Assembly (NCBI GenBank): GCA_038113685.1 | Contig: JAYNPH010000004.1 | Span: 1 to 41,233, forward strand | Direction: 5' to 3' | DNA length: 41,233 nucleotides | Source of the DNA: Gammaproteobacteria bacterium | GTDB taxonomy: Bacteria > Pseudomonadota > Gammaproteobacteria > Pseudomonadales > Azotimanducaceae | Shown: one piece after another, positions 27,543 through 36,872 of the stretch | Numbering within the stretch: position 1 is the stretch's first letter | How the letters are laid out: the number at the start of each line of letters is the position of its first letter | The notes under the pieces: model-generated | Seen by the model: only the letters and a program-made list of their open reading frames with translations | Database searches by the model: none | What the model was told of the DNA's origin: nothing | Position numbers and translations under genes: made by a program

Positions 27543-29342
27543 TTACGCGCGTTTGCGCTCACTTTCCTTCAACAGCAGTTTACGCACTCGAATGTTCTCC
27601 GGCGTTATTTCAACCAGTTCGTCATCGTCAATGAATTCAAGCGCTTGTTCCAAGGTCATACTCACAGCGCCACTGAGCTGGATGTTCTCATCGGTCCCGG
27701 ATGCGCGAACGTTGGTTAACTTCTTTTCCTTCAACGCGTTCACCGTCAAATCGTTGGCGCGTGAATGAATGCCAACCACCATGCCTTCGTAGACCATATC
27801 GTTGGGTTTCACCATCATGCGTCCACGAGCCTGCAGATTCCAAAGTGCAAAGCCCACAGCCTTGCCTTGAGCATTGGATATCAGCACACCATTCTTACGC
27901 GCGCCGACTTCCTCAGCAGTGCGCGGACCGAAGCCGTCCGACGCAAAGGACATGATGCCTGTGCCGGAAGTTTGGGAGAGGAAAATCGGGCGGTAACCCA
28001 TAATGCCCCGACTGGGAATACGAAATTGCAGTCGCACCCGGCCTTTACCGTCGGGCTGCATTTCCTGCAGTTCACCGCGACGGTCTCCCAAGGATTCCAT
28101 TACCTTGCCCTGATGCTGCTCTTCGATATCCAAGGTCAAAGTCTCGAATGGCTCGTGCACAACACCGTCAATTTCACGATAAATCACCTGTGGCCGGGAA
28201 ACCGCCAGCTCGAATCCCTCACGTCGCATGGTTTCTATCAGAACCGACAGATGCAGTTCGCCGCGTCCGGATACCCGAAAGCGGTCGGGATCCGGGGTGT
28301 CTTCTACCATCAGAGCGACGTTGTGCAGGGCTTCGGTTTGCAGCCGGTCACGAATCTGCCGACTGGTCACATACTTGCCTTCCTTACCCGAAAGCGGTGA
28401 GTTGTTCACACAAAACATCATGGTCAAGGTCGGTTCGTCCACCGACAAGGCCGGCAGCGCCTCCACTTGTTCGGGCGCGCACAGGGTATCGGATATATTG
28501 ATCTTCTCGATTCCCGTGAGACAAATGATATCCCCGGCGGAGGCTTGAGCGGCCTCGACTCGTTCCAGTCCGCTGTGACGGTAAATGTTCATCACCTTAC
28601 CCTTACGCTCAACGCCGGACCGATCCACCACAACAACCTGCTGGTTGCGCTCGACAACGCCACGGGTAATCCGTCCGATGCCGATGACCCCTTCGTAGGT
28701 CGAGTAATCCAAGGAACTGATTTGCATTTGGAAAGCGCCACTTTCGTCCACCTCAGGCGGCGGCACTTGATCAACGATCATATCCAGCAAGGGACTCATG
28801 TCATCGGCAATAGCGTCAAGCTCCAAACCAGCAACCCCGTTTATTGCCGATGCATAAACCGAGGAAAAATCCAGCTGCTCGTCGGTACCGCCTAGATTGT
28901 CAAAAAGCTCAAAGACTTGGTCGATAGCGCGGTCAGGATCCGCCCCCGGACGGTCGATCTTGTTCACCACCACAATCGGCTTCAAGCCGTAGGCAAACGC
29001 CTTCTGGGTTACAAACCGGGTTTGCGGCATAGGGCCGTCTACCGCGTCCACTAACAACAGCACCGCATCTACCATGGACAAAATCCGCTCCACCTCGCCA
29101 CCGAAATCGGCGTGGCCGGGGGTGTCCACGATGTTGATTTGCGTGTCCCGATAATTAATCGCGGTGTTTTTAGCCAAAATCGTAATGCCGCGCTCTTTTT
29201 CGAGATCGTTGCTGTCCATGGCGCGCTCGGCAGCACTGGCATCCAACAATCCCGTTTGCTGCAACAGACAATCGACCAAGGTGGTTTTGCCATGATCCAC
29301 GTGAGCAATAATCGCAACATTACGGACATTCAAATTCGGCAC
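27543..29342 (-). CDS. typA: Translational GTPase TypA/BipA
   Basis: [39 protein letters not shown]; GTG 29342 with AAGGAAG RBS; CATAAT plus GC discriminator at 29424-29429. Confidence 0.97.
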   Translation of the reverse strand: MPNLNVRNVAIIAHVDHGKTTLVDCLLQQTGLLDASAAERAMDSNDLEKERGITILAKNTAINYRDTQINIVDTPGHADFGGEVERILSMVDAVLLLVDAVDGPMPQTRFVTQKAFAYGLKPIVVVNKIDRPGADPDRAIDQVFELFDNLGGTDEQLDFSSVYASAINGVAGLELDAIADDMSPLLDMIVDQVPPPEVDESGAFQMQISSLDYSTYEGVIGIGRITRGVVERNQQVVVVDRSGVERKGKVMNIYRHSGLERVEAAQASAGDIICLTGIEKINISDTLCAPEQVEALPALSVDEPTLTMMFCVNNSPLSGKEGKYVTSRQIRDRLQTEALHNVALMVEDTPDPDRFRVSGRGELHLSVLIETMRREGFELAVSRPQVIYREIDGVVHEPFETLTLDIEEQHQGKVMESLGDRRGELQEMQPDGKGRVRLQFRIPSRGIMGYRPIFLSQTSGTGIMSFASDGFGPRTAEEVGARKNGVLISNAQGKAVGFALWNLQARGRMMVKPNDMVYEGMVVGIHSRANDLTVNALKEKKLTNVRASGTDENIQLSGAVSMTLEQALEFIDDDELVEITPENIRVRKLLLKESERKRA

Positions 29343-29558
29343 GATAGGTTCTTCCTTTGTGGCGAGCACTGGCGAAAGCGCTGGGCGTCTGGGTAATTGG
29401 GTGCTCGCGTTCGAGCGGGCGCGATTATGGCCCAAGCTACCGCAGGTGTCGCCTAAAACTCGATGCAAACAGCCGGGACAGACCTTGGCCGAATCCGGAC
29501 CCGAGACCGTCGCTCCCGAAGAAAAAGATGCCAACTGCAATTGTGTCTTTCGACCAGA

Positions 29559-29575
29559 TGCACCAGAATAGCGCA
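29559..29575. promoter_or_regulatory. NtrC binding site 1
   Basis: TGCACCA-GAA-TAGCGCA versus consensus TGCACCA-N3-TGGTGCA. Confidence 0.75.
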
Positions 29576-29599
29576 GCCGGCGACTGCTGCTGATTGATG

Positions 29600-29616
29600 C
29601 GCACTAATTTGGTGCA
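29600..29616. promoter_or_regulatory. NtrC binding site 2
   Basis: CGCACTA-ATT-TGGTGCA, 41 bp from site 1. Confidence 0.8.
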
Positions 29617-29648
29617 ATGCTTTTCCGCGTTTTTGGGAAATACAACAA

Positions 29649-29661
29649 AATCAATGAGTTA
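29649..29661 (+). promoter_or_regulatory. IHF binding site
   Basis: AATCAATGAGTTA is an exact WATCAA-N4-TTR match between the enhancer and the sigma54 promoter. Confidence 0.7.
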
Positions 29662-29675
29662 GATCGCGTCCGGCA

Positions 29676-29691
29676 TGGCACGTATTTTGCT
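29676..29691 (+). promoter_or_regulatory. Sigma54 -24/-12 promoter of glutamine synthetase
   Basis: TGGCAC-GTATT-TTGCT, exact consensus with GG-N10-GC. Confidence 0.92.
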
Positions 29692-29828
29692 TTGTAACAA
29701 CTCAGGCGAGTTTCGACTCGGTTAAAATGCAGAAAACGCATCCCGTTAACTCGCTGTGGAGCGAATAACGTAGGAGTGAAATGCAGATCAGCAGCACTGG
29801 TACCTACATCTAAGGAGACAAACCAAGC

Positions 29829-30842
29829 ATGAAATCAAAACTGGAATACATTTGGCTGGACGGCTTTCAGCCCACACAAAGTCTGCGCAGCAAGACGCAA
29901 ATGAGCAAAGACAACTTCACCGGCGCTCTTGAAGACGTCGCTATGTGGTCTTTTGACGGCAGTTCTACCGAACAAGCCGAAGGCGGCAGCTCCGATTGCC
30001 TGCTCAAGCCTGTTGCCATCTACCCAGATCCAGACCGACAAAACGCCTACCTCGTCATGTGTGAAGTTCTCAACGCTGACGGTACCCCGCACGCATCAAA
30101 CGGACGCGCGACCATTGACGACGACGACAACGATTTTTGGTTCGGCTTCGAGCAGGAATACTTTTTGTGGGATGTTGACACCCAGCTGCCTCCTGGCTTC
30201 CCTCCCGGTGGCTTCCCCGGACCTCAGGGCCCTTACTACTGTTCAGTTGGCGCAGGCAACGCCTTCGGCCGAGACTGTGTTGAAGAGCACTTCGACATCT
30301 GCCTAGAAGCAGGCATCAACGTTGAAGGCATCAACGCGGAAGTAGCCGCCGGCCAATGGGAATTCCAAGTCTTTGCCAAAGGTGCCAAACAAGCCGGCGA
30401 CGAAACCTGGATCGCCCGTTACCTGTTGGAGCGTACCGGTGAAAAATACGGCTACTCCATTAACTGGCATCCAAAGCCTTTCGGCGATTTGGATTGGAAC
30501 GGCTCAGGCATGCACGCTAACTTCTCGAACAACGCCATGCGCACCGAAGGCAAGGAAGAAGTGTTCACCAAGATCTGTGAAGAGTTCGGTAAGAACATTC
30601 AGCGCCACATGAGCGTTTACGGTGCCGACAACGACCAGCGCTTGACCGGTAAGCACGAAACGCAGTCAATCGACGAGTTCAGCTACGGCATCTCGGATCG
30701 CGGCGCGTCAATCCGAATCCCGGTAACCACCCCTGCCGATGGCTGGGTGGGCCGCTTGGAAGACCGACGCACGGCATCTAACGCGGATCCGTACAAAGTG
30801 GCGGCAGCCATCGTTAAGACCACCAAGGAAGCTCTTTCCTAG
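29829..30842 (+). CDS. glnII: Glutamine synthetase type II
   Basis: 337 aa; KLEYIWLDG, LRSKT, WSFDGSST.QA, FGFEQEY, PQGPYYCSVG, GINAEV..GQWEFQ, HPKP...DWNGSGMHANFS, RLTGKHET, RGASIRIP, EDRR..SNADPY; AAGGAG RBS. Confidence 0.93.
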   Translation: MKSKLEYIWLDGFQPTQSLRSKTQMSKDNFTGALEDVAMWSFDGSSTEQAEGGSSDCLLKPVAIYPDPDRQNAYLVMCEVLNADGTPHASNGRATIDDDDNDFWFGFEQEYFLWDVDTQLPPGFPPGGFPGPQGPYYCSVGAGNAFGRDCVEEHFDICLEAGINVEGINAEVAAGQWEFQVFAKGAKQAGDETWIARYLLERTGEKYGYSINWHPKPFGDLDWNGSGMHANFSNNAMRTEGKEEVFTKICEEFGKNIQRHMSVYGADNDQRLTGKHETQSIDEFSYGISDRGASIRIPVTTPADGWVGRLEDRRTASNADPYKVAAAIVKTTKEALS

Positions 30843-30863
30843 GTCGTTTTAGCCGACCGCAAG

Positions 30864-30900
30864 GAAGGATGTCGCTTCGCGCGGCATCCTTCGTTCTCTC
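30864..30900 (+). terminator. Terminator-like hairpin after glnII
   Basis: GAAGGATGTCGC-TTCGC-GCGGCATCCTTC 12-bp stem followed by a weak pyrimidine tail GTTCTCTC. Confidence 0.65.
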
Positions 30901-31002
30901 TGGCGCGGGGATGTAAGTCTCGCCCCGTTGCAACGTGACTACGCCATCAGGCGATACCCAGCGACAAGGCGCCGTGTTTATTGGAAAAAACACTGGACCG
31001 CT

Positions 31003-31036
31003 TGATCTTTTTTGGTGCGCGCCCTATTTTGGTGCG
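31003..31036. promoter_or_regulatory. Tandem NtrC-like sites upstream of ntrB
   Basis: TGATCTT-TTT-TGGTGCG and CGCCCTA-TTT-TGGTGCG; TTTTGGTGCG repeated at 17-bp spacing. Confidence 0.55.
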
Positions 31037-31162
31037 AAAGGCGCAATAAGGCATAAAGGGGTTTGGCCTGCAGCGCAGCAGACTGAGATCTTGCCACCGC
31101 TTTTACGGGTCGCAGCTTGATAGTCAGCACTCACTATTGGAGCAGAATAGGAGCAGAAGAGT

Positions 31163-31178
31163 CGGCCTGATTTTTGCT
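31163..31178 (+). promoter_or_regulatory. Sigma54-type promoter of ntrBC
   Basis: CGGCCT-GATTT-TTGCT with GG-N10-GC, 48 nt before ATG 31227. Confidence 0.65.
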
Positions 31179-31226
31179 TCTAAACAGCAACAACACCGCA
31201 GGGCCGCGAGATACACAACTAACGCA

Positions 31227-32342
31227 ATGACATTACCGAGAAAACAGCCCAAACATGCAAAAAAACTTATCGAGAATTTACTCGATTCGTTGGCGACGGC
31301 TGTCGTGGTTTTAGACGACGAGCTAAGGCTCGCGATGGTTAACAGCGCAGCGGAAGGCCTGCTGCATGTGTCAGCGAGTTCGGTCGTGGGCAGCCCTTTA
31401 ACCGACTTAGTGCTCAAAGCCGAAGATCTTGTCGCGTCTTTGCAGCACGCGATGGATGAAACTCAACCATTCACCGCGAGGAATGTCGGCCTGCAGCTGC
31501 CGGAAAACACCGTAGAAGAAGTGGACCTTACGGTCTCCAACCTCGAGTCCCCTGCAGGGCTGCTGCTGGAACTTCACCCTACCAGCCGCATCAACTCAAT
31601 CAGCCAAGGCAGTTTCAGCGAAGAACAGCAAATCACAACGCGCAGCCTCATCAAAGGTCTGGCCCATGAAGTGAAAAACCCCCTGGGCGGTATCCGCGGC
31701 GCAGCTCAGCTGTTGGAGCGGGCATTGCCCAACGACGACCTCAGAGAATACACCGGCGTGATAATCAGTGAAGCCGACCGGCTTCGAGACCTTGTGGATC
31801 GCATGCTGGGACCTTGGCAGCCGGTGCTCTTCGAGCCGGTGAATTTGGTAGAAGTAATTGAGCGGGTGATGCAAATCCTGCAGCCCGAGTTCAAGCCAGA
31901 TCTGCACTTACAGAGAGACTACGACCCCAGCTTACCCGAGGTTGCTGGTGACAAAGACCAACTGATTCAAGCCATCCTGAACATCGCTCGCAACGCCTGC
32001 CAAGCCCTTGGTTCCATTGACTACGCCAAGCTGACTTTTCGCACGCGCGTTATGCGTCAGTTCACCATTGGCTCAGTTCGCCACAAACAGGTGATGCATC
32101 TGAGCATTACAGACAACGGCCCGGGAATACCGCCGGATCTCATCGACCGAATTTTCTTCCCCATGATCAGCGGCCGAGCCGAAGGTTCTGGTCTTGGGCT
32201 TTCCATTTCGCAAAATATTATTGGCCAACATGGCGGTGCCTTGCAGGTATCCAGCCGCCCGGGCAATACGGTGTTCTCAGTCTTCCTGCCATTTCACGGG
32301 CCGACAGACTCCGACACCGCCGACAAGAGACAAGCACTATGA
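31227..32342 (+). CDS. ntrB: Nitrogen regulation sensor kinase NtrB
   Basis: PAS domain, LAHEVKNPLGGIRGAAQLL H-box, DYDPSLP, DNGPGIP, GSGLGL; ATG 31227 preferred over TTG 31137. Confidence 0.96.
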   Translation: MTLPRKQPKHAKKLIENLLDSLATAVVVLDDELRLAMVNSAAEGLLHVSASSVVGSPLTDLVLKAEDLVASLQHAMDETQPFTARNVGLQLPENTVEEVDLTVSNLESPAGLLLELHPTSRINSISQGSFSEEQQITTRSLIKGLAHEVKNPLGGIRGAAQLLERALPNDDLREYTGVIISEADRLRDLVDRMLGPWQPVLFEPVNLVEVIERVMQILQPEFKPDLHLQRDYDPSLPEVAGDKDQLIQAILNIARNACQALGSIDYAKLTFRTRVMRQFTIGSVRHKQVMHLSITDNGPGIPPDLIDRIFFPMISGRAEGSGLGLSISQNIIGQHGGALQVSSRPGNTVFSVFLPFHGPTDSDTADKRQAL

Positions 32343-33727
32343 ACAAACATGTATGGGTGATCGACGACGACAGCGCCATTCGCTGGGTATTGGACCGCGC
32401 TCTAAGCCAGGCAGGTATTCCCATCACCGCGTTCAATACGGCGGATCAAGCGCTGCATCATCTGGGCGATGAAGCACCGCTGGCCATCATCACGGACATT
32501 CGCATGCCAGGCACCTCGGGTTTGGATTTCTTGCGCCAAGTAAAAGAAACCCATACCAAGGTACCCATCATTGTCATGACCGCGCATTCCGATCTGCAAA
32601 GCGCTGTGACTAGCTTTGAAAGCGGTGCGTTTGAATACTTGCCCAAGCCCTTTGACGTAGACGAGGCGGTAGCCGTTGTGCGCCGCGCTATCGCGCAAAC
32701 GCAAGAAGTTCAGCCCATTGAAATCGCTGAACCGCAGGGCGCGACCGAGATCATCGGCAAAGCACCGGCGATGCAGGAAGTGTTTCGCGCCATTGGCAGG
32801 CTGTCATCCTCTAACGTCACCGTGCTAATCAACGGCCCCTCAGGCTCTGGTAAAGAACTGGTGGCGCGCGCACTGCATCGCCACTCGCCCCGGCAAAACG
32901 AGCCATTTGTTGCCCTTAACGTAGCCGCCATTCCCAGTGATTTGATCGAAAGCGAACTATTTGGCCACGAAAAAGGCGCTTTTACCGGCGCGGCCCAACG
33001 GCGCATGGGGCGCTTCGAACAGGCCGATGGGGGCACCTTATTCCTCGACGAAATCGGTGACATGCCTGCCTCAGCCCAAACCCGCTTGCTGAGGGTACTG
33101 GCGGAAAACGAATTCTATCGGGTCGGCGGACACCATTCGGTAAGCGTCAATGTCCGCATCGTGGCAGCCACCCATCAAAATTTGGAAGAGTTGGTCGAAA
33201 AGGGCAAATTTCGCGACGACTTGTTCCACCGGCTGAACGTCATTCGAGTACATGTGCCTGGCCTTGCTGAGCGCCGTGAGGACATTCCACTTTTAGCCCA
33301 GCATTTTTTGGACGCCGCCGCCGTTGAACTGGGTGATGAGCCGAAGCGATTAGAGCCGGCCACGGCTGACTATTTAAGCCTCTTGCCTTGGCCGGGTAAC
33401 GTTCGGCAACTGGAAAACACCTGTCGCTGGCTACAGGTTATGGCCAGCTCACGAACCGTGCTCGTTGAAGATTTGCCGCCGGAACTTCAACAAAGCGAAC
33501 CTGCCTCGGATCTGGGTAGCTGGGAATCGAGCCTTGAACTGTGGGCCAATCAGCAATTGGAGAAAGAGCCGGGGCTCGCGTTGCTCGACTGTGCGCTACC
33601 GAAATTCGAGCGCATTATGATCAACGCCGCCATGCGCAAAACCGGCGGACGCAAAAAAGATGCAGCCGATCTACTGGGCTGGGGTCGAAATACGCTGACC
33701 CGCAAGATGCAGGAGCTGGAGTTGTAA
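32339..33727 (+). CDS. ntrC: Nitrogen regulation response regulator NtrC
   Basis: Receiver DDD/DIRMPG, GPSGSGKE, ESELFGHEKGAFTGA, WPGNVRQLEN, LLGWGRNTLTRK HTH. Confidence 0.97.
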   Translation: MNKHVWVIDDDSAIRWVLDRALSQAGIPITAFNTADQALHHLGDEAPLAIITDIRMPGTSGLDFLRQVKETHTKVPIIVMTAHSDLQSAVTSFESGAFEYLPKPFDVDEAVAVVRRAIAQTQEVQPIEIAEPQGATEIIGKAPAMQEVFRAIGRLSSSNVTVLINGPSGSGKELVARALHRHSPRQNEPFVALNVAAIPSDLIESELFGHEKGAFTGAAQRRMGRFEQADGGTLFLDEIGDMPASAQTRLLRVLAENEFYRVGGHHSVSVNVRIVAATHQNLEELVEKGKFRDDLFHRLNVIRVHVPGLAERREDIPLLAQHFLDAAAVELGDEPKRLEPATADYLSLLPWPGNVRQLENTCRWLQVMASSRTVLVEDLPPELQQSEPASDLGSWESSLELWANQQLEKEPGLALLDCALPKFERIMINAAMRKTGGRKKDAADLLGWGRNTLTRKMQELEL

Positions 33728-33772
33728 AAGCAGTACCATAGGCAGCTTTTGAGATAGCAGGGCGTTTCATCC

Positions 33773-34234
33773 ATGCATGTGGTTCTTTATCAACCGGAGA
33801 TACCGCCCAACACCGGCAATATCATCCGTATTTGCGCCAACACTGGGGCGACCCTGCACTTGATCCGGCCGCTGGGTTTCGACTGGGATGACAAGCGCCT
33901 GCGGCGCGCCGGCTTGGACTATCACGATTTCACCCGAGTGACCTTGTACAACAATTTGGCAGAGTGTGAAGAACAGCTATCCGGCCACCGATGGTTTGCG
34001 ATGACCACCAAGGGCAGCCGAAATTTCGCGGAGATTGCCTTTCAACCGGACGATGTGCTGCTCTACGGGCCCGAAACCCGGGGTCTGCCGGACGAGGTTT
34101 TATCGCGATGGCCCCGCGAGCGGAAACTGCGGATCCCCATGCAGGCCCCAACGCGAAGCATTAATCTGGCGAACAGTGTTGCCATCACCCTCTATGAAGC
34201 CTGGCGTCAACGAGGTTACGACGGCGTACTCTAG
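33773..34234 (+). CDS. trmL: tRNA (cytidine(34)-2'-O)-methyltransferase
   Basis: [39 protein letters not shown]. Confidence 0.96.
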   Translation: MHVVLYQPEIPPNTGNIIRICANTGATLHLIRPLGFDWDDKRLRRAGLDYHDFTRVTLYNNLAECEEQLSGHRWFAMTTKGSRNFAEIAFQPDDVLLYGPETRGLPDEVLSRWPRERKLRIPMQAPTRSINLANSVAITLYEAWRQRGYDGVL

Positions 34235-34244
34235 TGGCTCGGGC

Positions 34245-34748
34245 TCAATGCGTGGGACTTGAATCGGACTGTTGCTGCTGCCTTTCCTGAAGAGCCTGCA
34301 GGTACAAGGCCTCAAAGTTCACCTGAGCCAAATTAATCGCTGGGAAGCCGCCCTTTACCACCAAGTTATCCAAAGCCTCGCGCGCATAGGGGAATAGCGT
34401 GGTTGGACAGGCTATGCCAATAATTTGGCTGATCTGGGAACCGTCCGCGTTCTGAATTGAGAACAGTCCGGCCTGTTGAATTTCCACCAGGAAGCCAAGG
34501 AAATCGTCTTCCACATTCGCGCGCACGGTGATGGTCAGAACGACCTCATGACGATCATCGGCCAATGGCGTGGCACGCGTGTTGATATCCACGGACAAAT
34601 TCGGCTGCCACTGACGGGTAAACACATCCGGAGATTTCGGCGACTCAAAAGAGGCGTCTTTCAGATACACTTTTTCGATACGCATTTGCACCTGTTTTTC
34701 ATCCTGAGCCGTCTGTTGTGCAATGCTCGCCTGCTCTTGATCCGTCAT
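34245..34748 (-). CDS. secB: Protein export chaperone SecB
   Basis: VYLKDASFESP, VEIQQAGLF, CPTTLFPYARE, GGFP; ATG overlaps the stop of the rhodanese gene (ATGA). Confidence 0.95.
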   Translation of the reverse strand: MTDQEQASIAQQTAQDEKQVQMRIEKVYLKDASFESPKSPDVFTRQWQPNLSVDINTRATPLADDRHEVVLTITVRANVEDDFLGFLVEIQQAGLFSIQNADGSQISQIIGIACPTTLFPYAREALDNLVVKGGFPAINLAQVNFEALYLQALQERQQQQSDSSPTH

Positions 34749-35161
34749 GATTTTACTACCGGTAAGTTTTGCCCCCGCCACTCGGAGTAGCCGCCGGACA
34801 AGCGCACCACATTCGTGAAGCCATTTTTTTGCAAAAGCGTGCCTGCGGCCCCTGAGTGTTGACCCATCTTACAGGCGATAACCACGGGCTTTTCTTTGTA
34901 TTTCGCCAGCTCGTCGATCCGAGACTCCAAGGACCCATAGGGAATGTTCACCGCATCAACGATATGCCCTTCGTCAAACTCTGATCGTTCACGCACATCA
35001 AGCACCACGGCGTTGTCTTTATTCACTAAACGCACCAGTTCCTGAGTGCCAATAGTCGCACCGGCTCGGGCCGATTCGTTGCGAAAAAATAAAAACACCA
35101 GTAGCAGGAAGGCTCCAACCAAAAGCGGGTGATTGCCAAGAAAGGTGAAAAACTGATCCAT
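34745..35161 (-). CDS. YibN-like membrane-anchored rhodanese domain protein
   Basis: FLGNHPLL plus TM, LDVRE..EF..GHI..AVNIP, ACKMG, LSGG..EW...LP. Confidence 0.9.
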   Translation of the reverse strand: MDQFFTFLGNHPLLVGAFLLLVFLFFRNESARAGATIGTQELVRLVNKDNAVVLDVRERSEFDEGHIVDAVNIPYGSLESRIDELAKYKEKPVVIACKMGQHSGAAGTLLQKNGFTNVVRLSGGYSEWRGQNLPVVKS

Positions 35162-35332
35162 ATATACTGCCTAATCCAAGAGCAACGATTATACACGTTC
35201 ATCCTTAATCCCTTAGCTTTTTGCTAGAATCGCGCCAATTCAGGCGGGCGTTTCGAGCAATAGCGCAGAACTGGGGACAAAATATGTCACTGTAGTTCTA
35301 TAACGCCCCAACAATCCAAAGGATCACATTCG

Positions 35333-36871
35333 ATGCCCAATGTCAGCTTGCTGGTCATACTCGATGGTTTTGGCCATCGCCTAGAAACGGAAAACAATGC
35401 AATTGCCCTAGCCAGCACCCCGACTTGGGACCGGCTATTGGAACAGCGTCCGCATACCCTGATCTCTGGTTCAGGCTTGGACGTAGGCTTACCCCAGGGG
35501 CAAATGGGCAATTCAGAAGTCGGTCATATGAACCTCGGATCGGGGCGCGTGGTGTATCAGGACTTCACCCGCATCAATCGCGCAGTGGAGACCGGTGAGT
35601 TCGCCGGCAACCCGGTCTTCGGTAACGTGTTTGACGCCGTCAAAGCGGCAGGCTCTGCCCTTCACATCATGGGCCTTCTGTCCCCCGGCGGCGTGCACAG
35701 CCACGAAGAACAAATTTTTGCACTAATACGCAGCGCCTGCGCCGCAGGCGTCGAGCACGTATTTTTACACGCATTTCTCGATGGACGAGACACACCTCCG
35801 CGCAGCGCTATGGCTTCTCTCGAAGCTGCCCAAGGCCTATTTAACGAACTTGGTTGTGGTGCAGTAATGAGCTTGTGCGGGCGCTACTACGCTATGGACA
35901 GGGACAACAATTGGGACCGCCAAGCCAGAGCGTACAATCTGCTGGCGCGCGGCGAAGCGCCCTTTCACGCCCAAAGCGCTACCGCCGCGCTGCAAGCGGC
36001 TTATGATCGAGACGAAAACGACGAATTCGTGCAGCCAACCGCCATCCACAGCAAGCAAGAGCCGCCGCGGGGCATAAAAGCGGAAGACGGCGTCATCTTT
36101 ATGAACTTTCGCGCGGACCGCGCGCGCCAACTGACTCGGGCCATGACCGAAGAAGACTTCTCGGGTTTTGAACGCCGTTCTTACATTCCCCCCGCACACT
36201 TCGTCACGCTAACCCAATACGCTGACGACATTGACGTACCTTGTGCCTTTGCTCCGGAAACCCTGCACAACTCTTTGGGAGAGTTTTTGCAAAACAACGG
36301 CAAGCGCCAATTGCGGATCGCTGAAACAGAGAAATACGCCCATGTAACCTTCTTTTTCTCTGGCGGGCGGGAGCAACCCTTTGACGGCGAAAAACGCATC
36401 TTGATCCCATCGCCCGATGTGGCCACCTACGATTTACAGCCGCAAATGAGCGCCGCAAAGGTCACCGATCAACTGGTGGAAGCGATCCACTCAGGCGAGT
36501 TCGATGTCATCGTTTGTAACTACGCCAACGGCGATATGGTCGGCCACAGCGGTAAGCTGCAGCCGGCCATACAGGCGGTGGAGACCTTGGACACATGTAT
36601 GGCGCGCCTAGAAGAGGCCATTACGGCGGTGGGCGGCAATATGCTGATAACCGCCGACCACGGCAACGTAGAACTCATGCGGGACCCAACCAGCAACCAA
36701 GAGCATACGGCTCATACCAGCAATTTGGTGCCCCTGGTTTACGTGGGTGATCAGCCTGTGCAACTGAAGTCTGGCGGCAGCCTGTGCGATGTTGCGCCAA
36801 CTCTGTTGGACCTAATGCAAATGGATGCACCGGACGAGATGACCGGCAACACGCTGATAACGCCAGCCTAG
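35333..36871 (+). CDS. gpmI: 2,3-bisphosphoglycerate-independent phosphoglycerate mutase
   Basis: ILDGFG, MGNSEVGH, GRYYAMDRD, AETEKYAHVTFF, DMVGH, ADHGN. Confidence 0.98.
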   Translation: MPNVSLLVILDGFGHRLETENNAIALASTPTWDRLLEQRPHTLISGSGLDVGLPQGQMGNSEVGHMNLGSGRVVYQDFTRINRAVETGEFAGNPVFGNVFDAVKAAGSALHIMGLLSPGGVHSHEEQIFALIRSACAAGVEHVFLHAFLDGRDTPPRSAMASLEAAQGLFNELGCGAVMSLCGRYYAMDRDNNWDRQARAYNLLARGEAPFHAQSATAALQAAYDRDENDEFVQPTAIHSKQEPPRGIKAEDGVIFMNFRADRARQLTRAMTEEDFSGFERRSYIPPAHFVTLTQYADDIDVPCAFAPETLHNSLGEFLQNNGKRQLRIAETEKYAHVTFFFSGGREQPFDGEKRILIPSPDVATYDLQPQMSAAKVTDQLVEAIHSGEFDVIVCNYANGDMVGHSGKLQPAIQAVETLDTCMARLEEAITAVGGNMLITADHGNVELMRDPTSNQEHTAHTSNLVPLVYVGDQPVQLKSGGSLCDVAPTLLDLMQMDAPDEMTGNTLITPA

Positions 36872-36872
36872 A

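Noticed and set aside
29343-29540. 66-aa N-terminal extension of TypA containing CPGC
   Set aside because: GTG 29342 has an RBS and gives normal length; the extension spans the apparent -10 box
30935-31120. 61-aa ORF between glnII and ntrB
   Set aside because: GTG start, no clear RBS, runs through regulatory motifs, no recognisable features
31137-31226. N-terminal extension of NtrB from TTG
   Set aside because: Overlaps the sigma54-type box; ATG 31227 gives a normal NtrB
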